Shown here piece by piece: positions 8,031 to 21,426 of a stretch of DNA of 64,000 nucleotides. The position numbers and the translations under genes were made by a program. The notes beneath the pieces are model-generated. The model searched no databases, was not told the DNA's origin, and saw only the letters and a list, made by a program, of their open reading frames with translations. The stretch's first letter is position 1; every line of letters begins with the position of its first letter. This DNA is from Acidobacteriota bacterium (GTDB lineage Bacteria > Acidobacteriota > Holophagae > Holophagales > Holophagaceae): NCBI GenBank assembly GCA_016213735.1, contig JACQZU010000022.1, positions 59,171 to 123,170 on the forward strand. The letters are read 5' to 3'.

Positions 8031-9769
8031 CTACACTTTGGCGCAGGCGGCCTTCCGGGCCCGGGCCAGGCGGAGCAGGAGGCGGACGCGGTGGCGCACC
8101 TCCTGCGCCTCCAGGGGTTTGGGAAGGCGGTCCTGGGCCTGGGCTTCCAGCCTGGCCAGGGGGCCTTCCTCGGCCTTGGCGGCGAGGAGCACCACGGGCC
8201 GATCCCCGCAGCCCGGGACCTCCCGCAGGCGCCGCAGGATGTCCCCCGGGTCCCCCAAGGAAGGATCCAGGTCCAGGGACAGCAGTTCGGGCGGCTCCTG
8301 GCCCAGGGAATCGAGGGCCTCTTCCAGGCTGGCCCCGTCCCGGACCCGCATGCCCGCAGGCTGCAGGTGCATCCTGAACTGGGTTCGCACCGCCTGGGAG
8401 GGGGAGAGGAGCAGAATGGATCCCCCTTCCGGGGGCTCGGAAGGCGGAAGGACGCCGAGCTCCAGGAGAAAGCGGATCCGCATGCGGAAGACGGCATCCT
8501 CCTCGAGCTTGCTCAGGTGGTCGTCGGCCCCCACCTGGGCGGCCCGCTCCCGCAGGTTCCGGCTCAAGGAGGTCAGGAGGACGAAGGGAATGCCGCGGCG
8601 TGCCGGATCCTCCTTGAGGCGCTGGCAGAGCGTGAAGCCGTCGATGCCCGGCATGACCACGTCGCTGAGGACCAGCTGGGCCTTGCTGCGCGCGAGGAAG
8701 CTGAGGGCCTCCGGCGCGCTGGGAACGGTTTCGACGCTGGCCTCGAGGAAGGACAGCCGCTCCGCCAGGAGGGCCCGCATGTGCTTGTCGTCCTCCACGA
8801 GGAGGACCAGGGGCCTGCCCGCCACGGGGACTCCTGCCGCCGGCGATCCCGTCCCCGCCTGGGCGATCCGATTGCGACCCGCGCCCTTGGCTTCGTACAG
8901 GCAGCGATCCGCCTCCAGCAAGAGGGACTCGGGATGACCCTCCGCCACCGGGAGGAGGGTGGCGACCCCCAGGCTCATGGACACATGCGCGGCCGTGGGG
9001 GATTTGGCGTGGGGAAGGGCCAAGGCGGCCACCGCTTCCCGGAAGCGCTCCGCCACCTGGACGGCGCCCCGAAGCTCGGTTTCAGGGAGCAGGCAGACGA
9101 ATTCCTCTCCTCCCACACGAGCCACCAGGTCCACGGGCCGTTGCAGGGATTTCTGGAGGGTCTCGGCCACGCGCTTCAGGCAGTTGTCCCCGGCGGCGTG
9201 GCCGTAGGTGTCGTTGAACAGCTTGAAATGGTCGAGATCCATCATGATCAGAGAGAGGGGTTTCTGGTTGCGAACCCCGCGCATCCACTCCTCCCGCAGG
9301 GTCTCGTCGAAGTGCCGGCGGTTGGGAATGCCCGTGAGCGCGTCCCTCACCGAGAGGCCCTTCAGGGCGTCCTGGCGGCGTTTGAGCTCCAGGTGGTTCC
9401 TCACCCGGGCCTTCACCAGAACGGGGTTGATGGGCTTCTGGAGGAAGTCGATGCCCCCCGCGGCGAAGGCACGGCTCTGGTCAGGCTCTTCTCCCAGGCT
9501 GGTGATGAACAGCACCGGGATGTCGGCGGTCCGGGTGCTGGCCTTCAGCCTCGTGCACACTTCATAGCCGTCCATGCCGGGCATCACCACATCCAGGAGG
9601 ATGAGGTCGGGCTCCTGGTCGTGGGCAACTTCCAGGGCCTCGGTCCCCGTGGTGGCGAAGAGCACCTCGTGCTCCTCCACGAGAACCTCGCAAAGGGTGG
9701 TCAGGGTGGTGGGAGAGTCGTCCACCACGAGGATGCGGCCGCGAAGCGAGGGCGCAGCGGGGTCGACGT

Positions 9770-9773
<4 letters not shown>
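8031..9773 (-). CDS. response regulator with diguanylate cyclase output, domain order REC-GGDEF-REC-(degenerate REC)
   Basis: REC (…[10 protein letters not shown]…[14 protein letters not shown]…), an active-site GGEEF preceded by an RxxD I-site (RPVD), and a second REC (…[14 protein letters not shown]…). ATG overlaps the upstream kinase stop (ATGA at 9770-9773). Confidence 0.85.
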
Positions 9774-12753
<2,980 letters not shown>

Positions 12754-12757
<4 letters not shown>

Positions 12758-13191
12758 CTCCCCGCCCCGACTGCGCCGACCTCGACCACGGCTTCCAGGG
12801 CCAGCCGGGCCGCCTTTTCCACCGCCTCGGGGCCCGCCTCCCACTCCAGTCCAATCACCCTGAAGGGCACGGGCGGGTCCACGAGGTGCGGAAGGGAGCG
12901 CAGCAGGTAGGTGAAACCGGTGGCATGCTCGTACCTCCGCGCGACCGCCTCCTGGAGCTGGGGAGGATCCAGGGCCACCACCTCCCCCGGCGCGCCCCAG
13001 CCTGACACCGAGTCCACGAACACCACGCGTTCCGAGGCCTCCACCAGGCCCAGCAGGTCCAGCCCCCGAAGGCCTCCATCCACAAGTTCCACGCCCGTGG
13101 GCAGGGCCTGGCGGCCCAGAAATTCATGCACGGCGCTTCCCGCGGCGTCCTCTTCCGCGAGGGGATTTCCGATGCAGATGATGAGCCGCAT
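12754..13191 (-). CDS. [NiFe]-hydrogenase maturation endopeptidase (HyaD/HoxM/HupD family)
   Basis: [18 protein letters not shown]…VVFVDSV signature of hydrogenase C-terminal-processing proteases; 3 bp after the large-subunit stop. Confidence 0.85.
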
Positions 13192-13194
13192 CCC

Positions 13195-14733
13195 TCAGGT
13201 CCCCAGGCGGAGCCGGCCTGCGGGGCGTCCCCGCCGGAGGCTGTGGACCGTGCAGACCAGGCAGACATCGAAGGAGCGCACCACATAGCCCAGTTCCACC
13301 GGGTCCTCGGGGTCCGCCACCGGAGTTCCCACCAGGGCCTCCTCGATGGGGCCCCGCCGGCCGGCGCTGTCCCGCGGGGAGGCGTTCCAGGCCGTGGGGG
13401 TGATGATCTGGTAGTGGGCGATCTCGCCGCCCTCAATCCGCACCCAGTGCCCAAGGGCTCCGCGGGAAGCGTGGGTCAGGCCGCAGGCCTCTCCCTCGTG
13501 GATCGGGCCCGGGGAACGGTAGTAGCCGAGGGGTCCCCCCGCCTCGGCCAGCCAGGCGTCCATGGCGGGGAGGAGCAGGGAGGGGCGGAGGATCCGGGCC
13601 AGCTGGCGAAGGAAGGCGCTGGGTCCCTCCCGCTTCATCAGGTCGGAGATGAGAGGGTGGCCGGCCAATACCAGCTCCGCCAGGGGGCCGGTCTCCGCAG
13701 GTTGTCCTTCGTAGCGGGGGGCCTTGGCCCAGGAATACTTCCGGCCCTCGTTCCCTGAGGCGTAGGGACGGGTCTCCCCGACGGAGGGATGAAGGCCCCC
13801 CTCGTAGTCCACGTACCAGGAGTGGGCCACGTGTTCGGTGATGCTCCAGGGGTCGAAGCCCCGGACCTCTCCGCCCTGCAGGAAGCCGGGGGGGACCAGG
13901 TAGCCGCTTCCACCCACTCCCCGCACCGCGCTGTCCTCCGGGACCGGGAGGGCCCCGTAGCTGAGAAAGCTCCCGGGCCCCGCCCCCACCTGGTGCAGAC
14001 CCAGGGCCCGGGCGAACGCGATGAAGAATCCCAGGTCACCGGAGGCGTGGGACTCCCGCTCCTCCAGCCAGGCCTGCAGGGCATCCCTGGACCTCACCTC
14101 CGCGAAGCGCTCCAGGGTGCAGCCCAGGATGCGGCGCTCGTACCACGACCTGAACTGCCGCAGGATCAGCCGGCACTGGAGGCGGGAGCGCTGGCTGGGG
14201 GCCGAGACGATGCCGCCGGGCACCATGTAGGAGGCGTGGGGCCACTGGCCCCCCACGATGGCGATGATCTCCAGCAGCCGCTGGGTTTCCCGCATGACCT
14301 CCAGGACGGTTTCGCCCTTGAACGGCTCGTAGCGCCGGACGGCATCGGCGTGGCCCGGCACCTGGCGGTGGGCGGGTCCCGCGAAATCCCCGGCGAAGGT
14401 GAGGAAACTCTGCCGCAGGTCGCTCTGCAGGTGCTCGGTCATCTGGAGGACGTTCCTCAGACGAACCGCGTCCGGCGGGGGAGCGATGCCCGCGATGGCG
14501 TCCAGGGCCAGGGCCGCGGCGGCCAGGTGGCCGGTGCTGCAGATGCCGCAGATCCGGGGCGTGATCACCAGGCCGTCCAGGGCGCCGCGCCCCAGGAGCA
14601 CCTTCTCGATGCCGCGGAACATCGTGCCGGAGCACCAGGCGTCCGTCACCCGGCCCTCCCGGACCTCTGCAGAGATTTCCAGGTCGCCTTCGACACGGTT
14701 GAGTGGGACGTTCAGGGTGAGGGTGGATGACAC
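13195..14733 (-). CDS. [NiFe]-hydrogenase large subunit (512 aa) with a cleavable C-terminal extension
   Basis: N-terminal L1 motif RICGICSTGH and C-terminal FDVCLVCTVH (DPCxxCxxH-type), followed by about 15 extra residues. GTG start with AGGAG 6 nt upstream. Confidence 0.9.
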   Translation of the reverse strand: MSSTLTLNVPLNRVEGDLEISAEVREGRVTDAWCSGTMFRGIEKVLLGRGALDGLVITPRICGICSTGHLAAAALALDAIAGIAPPPDAVRLRNVLQMTEHLQSDLRQSFLTFAGDFAGPAHRQVPGHADAVRRYEPFKGETVLEVMRETQRLLEIIAIVGGQWPHASYMVPGGIVSAPSQRSRLQCRLILRQFRSWYERRILGCTLERFAEVRSRDALQAWLEERESHASGDLGFFIAFARALGLHQVGAGPGSFLSYGALPVPEDSAVRGVGGSGYLVPPGFLQGGEVRGFDPWSITEHVAHSWYVDYEGGLHPSVGETRPYASGNEGRKYSWAKAPRYEGQPAETGPLAELVLAGHPLISDLMKREGPSAFLRQLARILRPSLLLPAMDAWLAEAGGPLGYYRSPGPIHEGEACGLTHASRGALGHWVRIEGGEIAHYQIITPTAWNASPRDSAGRRGPIEEALVGTPVADPEDPVELGYVVRSFDVCLVCTVHSLRRGRPAGRLRLGT

Positions 14734-14761
14734 GGGGGGCTCCTGGCCTCGGGTTCCTGTT

Positions 14762-15700
14762 TCAGATCCGGGTCTTCCGGGCGACGAGGCGCTCCGGCGC
14801 GGCCGCGGCCGCCATGCCCTTGTAGGCCATGTAGTGAGGACGATCCACGCCGTCGGGAAGATCCAGGGGAATCCCGGCGATGTTGCGGGTGCGGAAGAAG
14901 GGATGGGGCGGAGGGAAGTCGGGGCGGGTGCAGCCCACGCAAGGGACCCCCACGCGGGTCTTGCTGCTTCGCCGGTTCCAGAGGAGCTTGTTGCACGGAC
15001 CGTGGGTGAGGGGACCTCGGCAGCCCAGGTGGAAGAAGAGGCAGCCCCGCTGCCCGAAGTCCGCGTCCTCCACCCGGTACTCGTGGTACTCGTTCCGCAG
15101 ACAGCCCTGGTGCACCTGCAGGCCGTAGAAGTCCAGGGGGGCGTTCCACTCGTCCAGATCCGGGGCCGCGCCGGAGAGCAGGGCCGCCAGGGTCCCGGCC
15201 AGGGCTTCGCAGTGGCACGGGCATCCCGGCAGGTTCACCACCGGCAGGCCGGCCCCGGATCGGTAGGCGGTCCCCAGAAAGCCTCCGGGCTCCTCCCGAT
15301 CGAACTGCAGCCCTGTGGCCTCCACCTCCCCTGCGCCGGACACCCCTCCGAAGCTGGCGCAGGTTCCTGCGGCGATGACGAAGCGGGCCCGCCGGGCCAG
15401 GGCCGCCACGATCTCCTTCCGGGGCCGCCGCTCCACCGTGTCGAACATCCCGGTCCCGCCGGGGCCGCGGATCACGGCGCCTTCCACCACCAGCACGTCC
15501 AGGGGGCGGGCGCCGGAGGCCAGGTCTTCGACCAACTGCCGGTGCTCCCGGGCGCTTCCCCGGGACAGGGAGGGGTGCCAGAGGAGTTCGACGCCCAGGA
15601 GTTCCAGGGCCTCCACCAGGCCCGGGGCCTCAAGGTTCAGGAGGGACCAGGTGTCGCCGCCGCAGCCGCCGCCTTGAAGCCAATAGAGGGTCGAGGTCAT
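14762..15700 (-). CDS. [NiFe]-hydrogenase small subunit, cytoplasmic (no Tat signal)
   Basis: Canonical medial and distal cluster cysteines (…GTCASFGG…, …PGCPCHCE…, …HQGCLRNE…, GCLFFHLGCRGPLTHGPCNKLLWN, …GVPCVGCTRPDF…). The N-terminal motif reads GGGCGGD instead of the usual CxGC. Start at ATG 15700 (GGAG 6 nt upstream); an alternative ATG lies at 15712. Confidence 0.85.
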   Translation of the reverse strand: MTSTLYWLQGGGCGGDTWSLLNLEAPGLVEALELLGVELLWHPSLSRGSAREHRQLVEDLASGARPLDVLVVEGAVIRGPGGTGMFDTVERRPRKEIVAALARRARFVIAAGTCASFGGVSGAGEVEATGLQFDREEPGGFLGTAYRSGAGLPVVNLPGCPCHCEALAGTLAALLSGAAPDLDEWNAPLDFYGLQVHQGCLRNEYHEYRVEDADFGQRGCLFFHLGCRGPLTHGPCNKLLWNRRSSKTRVGVPCVGCTRPDFPPPHPFFRTRNIAGIPLDLPDGVDRPHYMAYKGMAAAAAPERLVARKTRI

Positions 15701-15935
15701 GGGCTGCTCCATCCTTGGCCCCCGGGGGGCATCCTGGGACCAAGCGGGCGGACACGGCGGGCTCGAGCCCACCGGGGCCAGGTGATTTTCTGGATGAATG
15801 CTGAAGGTGGACCCGAGGGTCAACTGATGTGCGGGTCCATTGCAGCACGGGGCCCCCTCTTTTGGAAGGTTCCTGGCGTACCATGGGCGGGTTTCCCCGC
15901 CCCGTGGGGTTCCAGGGGTGCCGGAAGGAACCGCC

Positions 15936-16391
15936 ATGGAATTGAGCAGCCCTGCCTTCGCCGACCACGGGCTCCTCCCTGCCGCCTTCACCGGGGACGG
16001 GGCGGACCGCAGCCCCCCCCTGTGCTGGAGGGACGTCCCCCCCGGAACCCAGGCTTTCGCGCTGGTGGTCGAGGATCCCGATGCCCCCGCGGGCCTCTGG
16101 GTGCACTGGGTCCTCTACGATCTGCCCGGGGCCCTTCGGGAGCTTCCGGAGGCACAGCCCCCCCAGGGGACCTTGGCCAGCGGGGCCAGGCAGGGGAGAA
16201 ATTCCCTGGGGCGCCTGGGCTACAACGGCCCCTCGCCGCCCCCCGGGAAGGCCCACCGCTACTTCTTCCGACTCATCGCGCTTGGCGCTCCCACCGGCCT
16301 GCCGGCGGGGGCCACCCGGGCCGAGCTGGTGCGCGCGCTGGAGAATAGGATTCTCGGCGAGGCCCAGTGGGTGGGAACCTACCGGCGCTGA
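15936..16391 (+). CDS. YbhB/YbcL (PEBP, Raf-kinase-inhibitor-like) family protein
   Basis: …DAPAGLWVHWVLYDLP…GYNGPSPPPGKAHRYFFRL… PEBP signature; start at the internal ATG at 15936. Confidence 0.75.
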   Translation: MELSSPAFADHGLLPAAFTGDGADRSPPLCWRDVPPGTQAFALVVEDPDAPAGLWVHWVLYDLPGALRELPEAQPPQGTLASGARQGRNSLGRLGYNGPSPPPGKAHRYFFRLIALGAPTGLPAGATRAELVRALENRILGEAQWVGTYRR

Positions 16392-16413
16392 CCCCTTCAT
16401 TCCGGAGACGACC

Positions 16414-17478
16414 ATGTCCAACCCCTTCCGGTTCCGAATCCATGAACACGGTCCGGCCGGCTCCCCGGTGCGCGAGGACTTCTCCCCTCCCGAACCCAGG
16501 CCGGGCTGGGTGCGCCTCCAGGTGAAGGCCATGGCCCTGAACCACCTGGACCTCTGGACCACCCAGGGCATCCCCGGCGTAAAGCTGCCCATCCCGATCA
16601 CCCCCGGGTCCGACGGGGCAGGCACCATCGAGAGCGTCGGGGAGGGCACGGCCCTTCCACCAGGGCTCGGGGTGGGGGCCAGCGCGCTCATCGCCCCCGG
16701 CGTCTCCTGCGGGGTCTGCCCCGCCTGCCTCCGGGGGGACGACATGCAGTGCCCCGCCTACGGCAACCTGGGGCACGCCCGGGACGGCACGGCGGCCACC
16801 CACGTCCTCGTACCTGCCGCCAATCTCCTCCCCGTGCCCGCCAACTGGACCTATCCCCAGGCCGCCGCCTTCCCCCTGGTCTTCCTCACCGCCTGGGAGA
16901 TGCTGGTGCACAAGGCCCGGGTCCGGGCCGGCGAATGGGTCCTGGTATGGGGCGGGGGCAGCGGCGTGGGCACGGCGGCCCTCCAGCTCTGCCGCTTCCT
17001 GGGCGCCCGGGCCATCGCGGTGGTGGGCACGGAATCCAAGGCCATGAAGTGCTGGGACCTGGGGGCTGAACACGTTCTGGTGCGGGGCGAGATGAAGGAG
17101 CTGCTCTCCAGGGTGCGTGACATCACCGGAAAGCGGGGGGTCGACGTCGTCTTCGAACACACCGGCGCCGCCACCTGGGAGGCCAGCGTGAGCGCCGTGG
17201 CCCGGGGCGGCCGCATCGTGACCTGCGGGGCCACCACGGGCCCCGTGTCGCCCCTGAACCTGCAGGCGCTCTTCGCCAAGCAGATCAGCATCCTGGGGAG
17301 CTACATGGGCCGGCGGGAACACCTCTGGACCCTCCTGGGTCTGCTGCAGCGCAACCCGAGCAATCCGCCCTTCGTCCCCGTGATCGACCGGATCTTCCCC
17401 CTGGAGGAATACCCCGAGGCGCAGCGCCACCTGAAGGCGGGGGATTTCTTCGGGAAGGTGGTGTGCGAGGTGGGCTGA
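16414..17478 (+). CDS. zinc-binding alcohol dehydrogenase / quinone oxidoreductase family (MDR)
   Basis: MDR fold motifs (…VLVWGGGSGVGTAALQL…), GroES-like N-terminus, about 354 aa. Confidence 0.8.
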   Translation: MSNPFRFRIHEHGPAGSPVREDFSPPEPRPGWVRLQVKAMALNHLDLWTTQGIPGVKLPIPITPGSDGAGTIESVGEGTALPPGLGVGASALIAPGVSCGVCPACLRGDDMQCPAYGNLGHARDGTAATHVLVPAANLLPVPANWTYPQAAAFPLVFLTAWEMLVHKARVRAGEWVLVWGGGSGVGTAALQLCRFLGARAIAVVGTESKAMKCWDLGAEHVLVRGEMKELLSRVRDITGKRGVDVVFEHTGAATWEASVSAVARGGRIVTCGATTGPVSPLNLQALFAKQISILGSYMGRREHLWTLLGLLQRNPSNPPFVPVIDRIFPLEEYPEAQRHLKAGDFFGKVVCEVG

Positions 17479-17626
17479 GGCGGGGTTCCACCCCCCCTGT
17501 CCGGGTCCCGGGTTGAAGTAAGCTCGGATCCCAGGTGGTGCCTCCATCGAGAACCGTGGATCCAGGATCGAGCCTTCCTCCCGTTCTGGCCTCCTCCGCA
17601 TCCTGGGCCTCGGCTTCGGCCTGGCC

Positions 17627-18922
17627 GTGGGGGTGGGCGCCACCGTGGGGGGCGAGATCCTGCGCCTCCCGGGTCCGGTGGCCCGGGCCATCCCGGACCG
17701 GGGACTCTTCCTCTCCGCCTGGCTTCTGGGCGGACTCTACGCAGGGCTCTGCGCCCTGAGTTTCGCGGAGCTGGCCACCCGGGTGCCCCGCACCGGGGGC
17801 CTCACGCGCTTCGCCGAGGAGGCGCTGGGCCCCTTCTCCGGCTTCCTCGTGGGCTGGGGCGACTTCCTGGCCAGCGCCTTCACGGTGGCCGCCTACGGCC
17901 TCCTGGTGGGGGAGCTGGCCGCCGGTCTCGGTGTCCCCGGGAGCCCGCGCCTCCTGGCGGCGGGTTCGGTGCTCCTGGTGGTGGCCCTCCAGTGGCCCGG
18001 ACTGCGCCCCGGATCCCTGGTCCAGGACTTGGCCAGCGCCGCCAAGGGGATCCTGCTGATGGGCCTGGCCCTGCTGGGACTCTTCCTGGCGGCCCCCGGG
18101 GAGCACCCCGCCGGGCCCCCCCCGGGGGCGGGCCCGGTGGCCTTCCTGGGGGCCATGCAGCTCGTGATTTTCGCCTACGACAATTTCTATGCGCCGGTCT
18201 ACTTCGGGGAGGAATACCGGAATCCGGGGCGGGCCCTGCCGCGGTCGCTCCTGGGAGGCGTCGCCCTGGTGACCTTGCTCTACCTGACCCTGGCCTGGGG
18301 CCTCTCCCGAGGGTTGAGCCACGGCGAACTTGCCGCGAGCGCCTTTCCCGGGGAGGAACTGGGACGGCGCGTCTTCGGGCCTCCCGGGGCCCGGATCGTG
18401 GCTGGGATCCTCCTGCTGAGCCTCTTCTCGGGGATGCACGCCACCGCCCTCATCGCCAGCCGCATCCTCTTCGCCCTGGGAGCCGAGGGCCTTGCGTGGC
18501 ACCACTCCACGGACGTGAACCGGGGGGGGACCCCCACCACGGGCCTGGCCGCCACGGCGCTCCTGGCCCTCTGTGGTCTCGGGCTGCCCAGCTTCGAGAA
18601 AGCAGTGCAATTCATGAGCCCCTTCGTGCTCCTGAACTATGCCCTCTGCTTCGCATCCCTCCTGGTCCTTCGGCGGAGGGATCCCCACCCTCCCGGGGTG
18701 TTCCTGGCTCCGGGGCAGCCTCTCCTCGTTCTCCTGAGCCTCGGGGGCAGCCTCGTCTTCCTGGCGGGCAGCCTGCTGTCCGAACCCCGCCTTGCCGCAG
18801 GCGCACTGCTTCTGGCGGCCCTGGCGGGACCGGTCTACCTCTCCCTGCGCCGGTGGCGGCGGCTCCCCGGAGCGCCGCAGGGCCCAGGACAGGAAACCGG
18901 AAAGGGGCCTCCCCGGTGGTGA
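17627..18922 (+). CDS. APC-family amino acid permease (start uncertain)
   Basis: 12-TM APC profile. The reading frame stays open upstream to 17522 with conserved-looking N-terminal residues (…RILGLGFGLAVGVGATVGG…) but no ATG/GTG/TTG, so the true start is undetermined. Confidence 0.7.
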   Translation: MGVGATVGGEILRLPGPVARAIPDRGLFLSAWLLGGLYAGLCALSFAELATRVPRTGGLTRFAEEALGPFSGFLVGWGDFLASAFTVAAYGLLVGELAAGLGVPGSPRLLAAGSVLLVVALQWPGLRPGSLVQDLASAAKGILLMGLALLGLFLAAPGEHPAGPPPGAGPVAFLGAMQLVIFAYDNFYAPVYFGEEYRNPGRALPRSLLGGVALVTLLYLTLAWGLSRGLSHGELAASAFPGEELGRRVFGPPGARIVAGILLLSLFSGMHATALIASRILFALGAEGLAWHHSTDVNRGGTPTTGLAATALLALCGLGLPSFEKAVQFMSPFVLLNYALCFASLLVLRRRDPHPPGVFLAPGQPLLVLLSLGGSLVFLAGSLLSEPRLAAGALLLAALAGPVYLSLRRWRRLPGAPQGPGQETGKGPPRW

Positions 18923-19257
18923 TCCTCTTCCTCGTCCCGGCCTTCCTGGCGATGCTGCTGGCCAAGCTGTGGTTCCTGGCCGCCCTGCCCTTGTTCCTGG
19001 GCCTTCGGGCGGTCCTGAGGAACCCCGGAGAAAGGCTTCTCGTTCATCCCCTGGTGCAGCTTGGCCTCGCCTGGCTCCTGATCGCGGCCCCCACCCTCTG
19101 GCCGGGACGGACCCTTCCGCCCCACCCCTGGTTCCCCCGGGTGCCGGCCTACACCTGCCTGGACATGCTGCTCCTCACCGCGGGCTTCGTATGGTTCTTC
19201 ATTTCCTTCCTGAGAATCTGGGGGCACCGTCCCCGAAGGAGTCCCCATGCGCCGTGA
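18916..19257 (+). CDS. small integral membrane protein, hypothetical
   Basis: A GTG start overlaps the permease stop; three hydrophobic helices; the 3' end overlaps the corA start by 11 nt. Confidence 0.4.
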   Translation: MVILFLVPAFLAMLLAKLWFLAALPLFLGLRAVLRNPGERLLVHPLVQLGLAWLLIAAPTLWPGRTLPPHPWFPRVPAYTCLDMLLLTAGFVWFFISFLRIWGHRPRRSPHAP

Positions 19258-20146
19258 CACCGCCCTCGCCGGAGGGATGCAGTGGATCGACATCCAGAAC
19301 CCCTCCCCCGGAGAACTGGACGCCCTGGGGGCCGAGCTTGGCCTGCACGCCACGAGCCTCGGGGATTGCATGCAGCCCGACCACCTCTCCAAATTCGAGC
19401 GCTACGGGGAGGTGACCTTCATCCTGGTGCGGAGCTTCGACCCTGAAGCCCTCACGGGGACCACCTTGCGGACCCTCACCCACAAGGTGGCCATCTTCAT
19501 CCATCCCCGGGGGCTCCTGACGGTGCACCGGGGGACCCAGGCCTGCGTGGAGGCGGCGCTTCGCCGGCAGGAGGGGGGTCAGGGTCCTTCGGACCCCCTG
19601 GGCCTGGCCACCGAGATCGTGGCGGGCTCCCTGGCGAGTTTCGAGGCACCCCTCTCGAGGGCGGAGGCCAGCCTCGACCGCCGGGAGGGGGAGCTCTTCG
19701 AGCGCCGGGGTGGGCTCCCGAGCCTGCGCAGCATCCACGGGACCAAGCGCCGCATCCGGACCCTGAAGCGCAGCCTTTGGCGGACCCTTGCCGCCATCCA
19801 GGGCATGAAGCCCCTCTTCGAGGGGGACCTCCCCCGGTGGCAGGACCTCAAGGAGCACGCGGAGAGGCTCCACGCGATCGCGGAAGAGTTGCTGGAGGAG
19901 GCCTCGGGCCTGATCCACCTGGAGCTCTCGGTCAACGCCCAGCGCACCAACGAGGTGATGCGCGTGCTCACCATCTTCAGCGCCTTCTTCCTGCCCCTCA
20001 CCTTCATCGCGGGGGTGTACGGAATGAACTTCCAGCACATGCCCGAGCTGAAGTGGCCTTGGGGCTACGCCTTCTCCCTGGGACTCATGGGGGCGGTGGT
20101 CCTCAGCATCCTGGCCTGGTTCCGCCGCCGCGGGTGGATGAAGTAG
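19247..20146 (+). CDS. corA: CorA-family magnesium/cobalt transporter
   Basis: C-terminal two-TM domain carrying the YGMNF signature. Confidence 0.85.
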   Translation: MRRDTALAGGMQWIDIQNPSPGELDALGAELGLHATSLGDCMQPDHLSKFERYGEVTFILVRSFDPEALTGTTLRTLTHKVAIFIHPRGLLTVHRGTQACVEAALRRQEGGQGPSDPLGLATEIVAGSLASFEAPLSRAEASLDRREGELFERRGGLPSLRSIHGTKRRIRTLKRSLWRTLAAIQGMKPLFEGDLPRWQDLKEHAERLHAIAEELLEEASGLIHLELSVNAQRTNEVMRVLTIFSAFFLPLTFIAGVYGMNFQHMPELKWPWGYAFSLGLMGAVVLSILAWFRRRGWMK

Positions 20147-20184
20147 GAGCCCCCCAGGGTACAATCCCGGGTTCGGGAGATCCC

Positions 20185-21237
20185 ATGAAAGTCCTCATCC
20201 TCGGTGTCAACGGCTTCATCGGGTCCCACCTGACGGGGCGAATCCTCCGGGACACCGACTGGGAGATCTACGGGCTGGACCTGGGGGCGAACAAGGTGGC
20301 CGAGTTCCTGGCCCACCCCCGCTTCCACTTCGTGGAGGGAGACGTCTCCATCAGCAAGGAGTGGATCGAATACCACGTGAAGAAGTGCGACGTCGTGCTG
20401 CCCCTCGTGGCCATCGCGACGCCGAAGGTCTACGTCACGGATCCGTTGCGGGTCTTCGAGCTGGACTTCGAGGAGAACCTTCGCATCGTCCGCCAGTGCG
20501 TGAAGTACCGGAAGCGCATTGTCTTCCCCAGCACCTCGGAGGTGTACGGAATGTGCACCGACGCGGAGTTCGACGAGGAGAGCAGCCCCCTGATCACGGG
20601 CCCCATCCCCATGAACCGCTGGATCTACAGCACCAGCAAGCAGCTGCTGGACCGCGTCATCTGGGCCTACGGCTTCCAGCAGGGGCTCCGCTTCACCCTC
20701 TTCCGCCCCTTCAACTGGATGGGCCCCAAGCTCGACAGCCTCAACACGGCCAAGGAAGGCAGCAGCCGACTGGTGACCCAGTTCAGCTGGAACCTCTTCA
20801 ACGGCGAGCCCCTGAACCTCGTGGACGGGGGCGAGGCCCGGCGCTGCTTCATCGACGTGGAGGACGCCATGGACGGCCTCATGGCCATCCTTCGCAATGA
20901 AGACGGGAAGGCCGACGGGAGGATCTTCAACATCGGCAACCCTGCCAACGACCTCAGTGTGCGGGAGATCGCGGAGATGATGATCGGGATCTGGAAAGAT
21001 CATCCTTTCCGGAAGGAGCGGGGCATCCCCGAGGGGAGCATGGTGGAGACCAGCAGCGGGGCCTTCTACGGCAAGGGCTACCAGGACGTCCTGCGCCGCA
21101 CCCCCAGCATCCGCCGCATGCGGGAGACCTTCGGCTTCGCCCCGAGGATCGGCATGAAGGAAGCCCTCCGCAAGGCCATCGACTTCTTCGTGGAGGAGCA
21201 CCGCGCCATGGAGAAGGTGGTGGAGACGGAAGGCTGA
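20185..21237 (+). CDS. NAD-dependent UDP-glucuronic acid decarboxylase (ArnA C-terminal-domain-like / UXS-like SDR)
   Basis: Near-colinear with the ArnA decarboxylase domain: [16 protein letters not shown], …HFVEGD…, [19 protein letters not shown], …STSEVYG…, [16 protein letters not shown]. Confidence 0.85.
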   Translation: MKVLILGVNGFIGSHLTGRILRDTDWEIYGLDLGANKVAEFLAHPRFHFVEGDVSISKEWIEYHVKKCDVVLPLVAIATPKVYVTDPLRVFELDFEENLRIVRQCVKYRKRIVFPSTSEVYGMCTDAEFDEESSPLITGPIPMNRWIYSTSKQLLDRVIWAYGFQQGLRFTLFRPFNWMGPKLDSLNTAKEGSSRLVTQFSWNLFNGEPLNLVDGGEARRCFIDVEDAMDGLMAILRNEDGKADGRIFNIGNPANDLSVREIAEMMIGIWKDHPFRKERGIPEGSMVETSSGAFYGKGYQDVLRRTPSIRRMRETFGFAPRIGMKEALRKAIDFFVEEHRAMEKVVETEG

Positions 21238-21426
21238 AGGCCGGCGAACAGCCGCTGAACGCAACAGCCCTCAACGCAAAGGCGCGAAGGCGCAAAGCTG
21301 CAGGGGCCCAGGAGGATGGGGGCGGAAGGTCCTGGGCCGCCCTTCGCGTTGGCGGGGCGGCCCAGGGGTCGGGCGTGACCCTGAAGTGGTCCGCGGAATC
21401 CCCACCTTCCGGATTATGCTGGCCCC

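Noticed and set aside
3355-8377. Track ORFs 3355..3543 and 7811..8377 showing peptide similarity (…LAHRQGRYREGAKKGKS… versus …LAHPQSRYREDAEKRGSKIP…)
   Set aside because: The nucleotide alignment needs +1 and +2 indels, and mismatches are not third-position biased, so the similarity reflects a repeated noncoding DNA element, not a conserved small protein.
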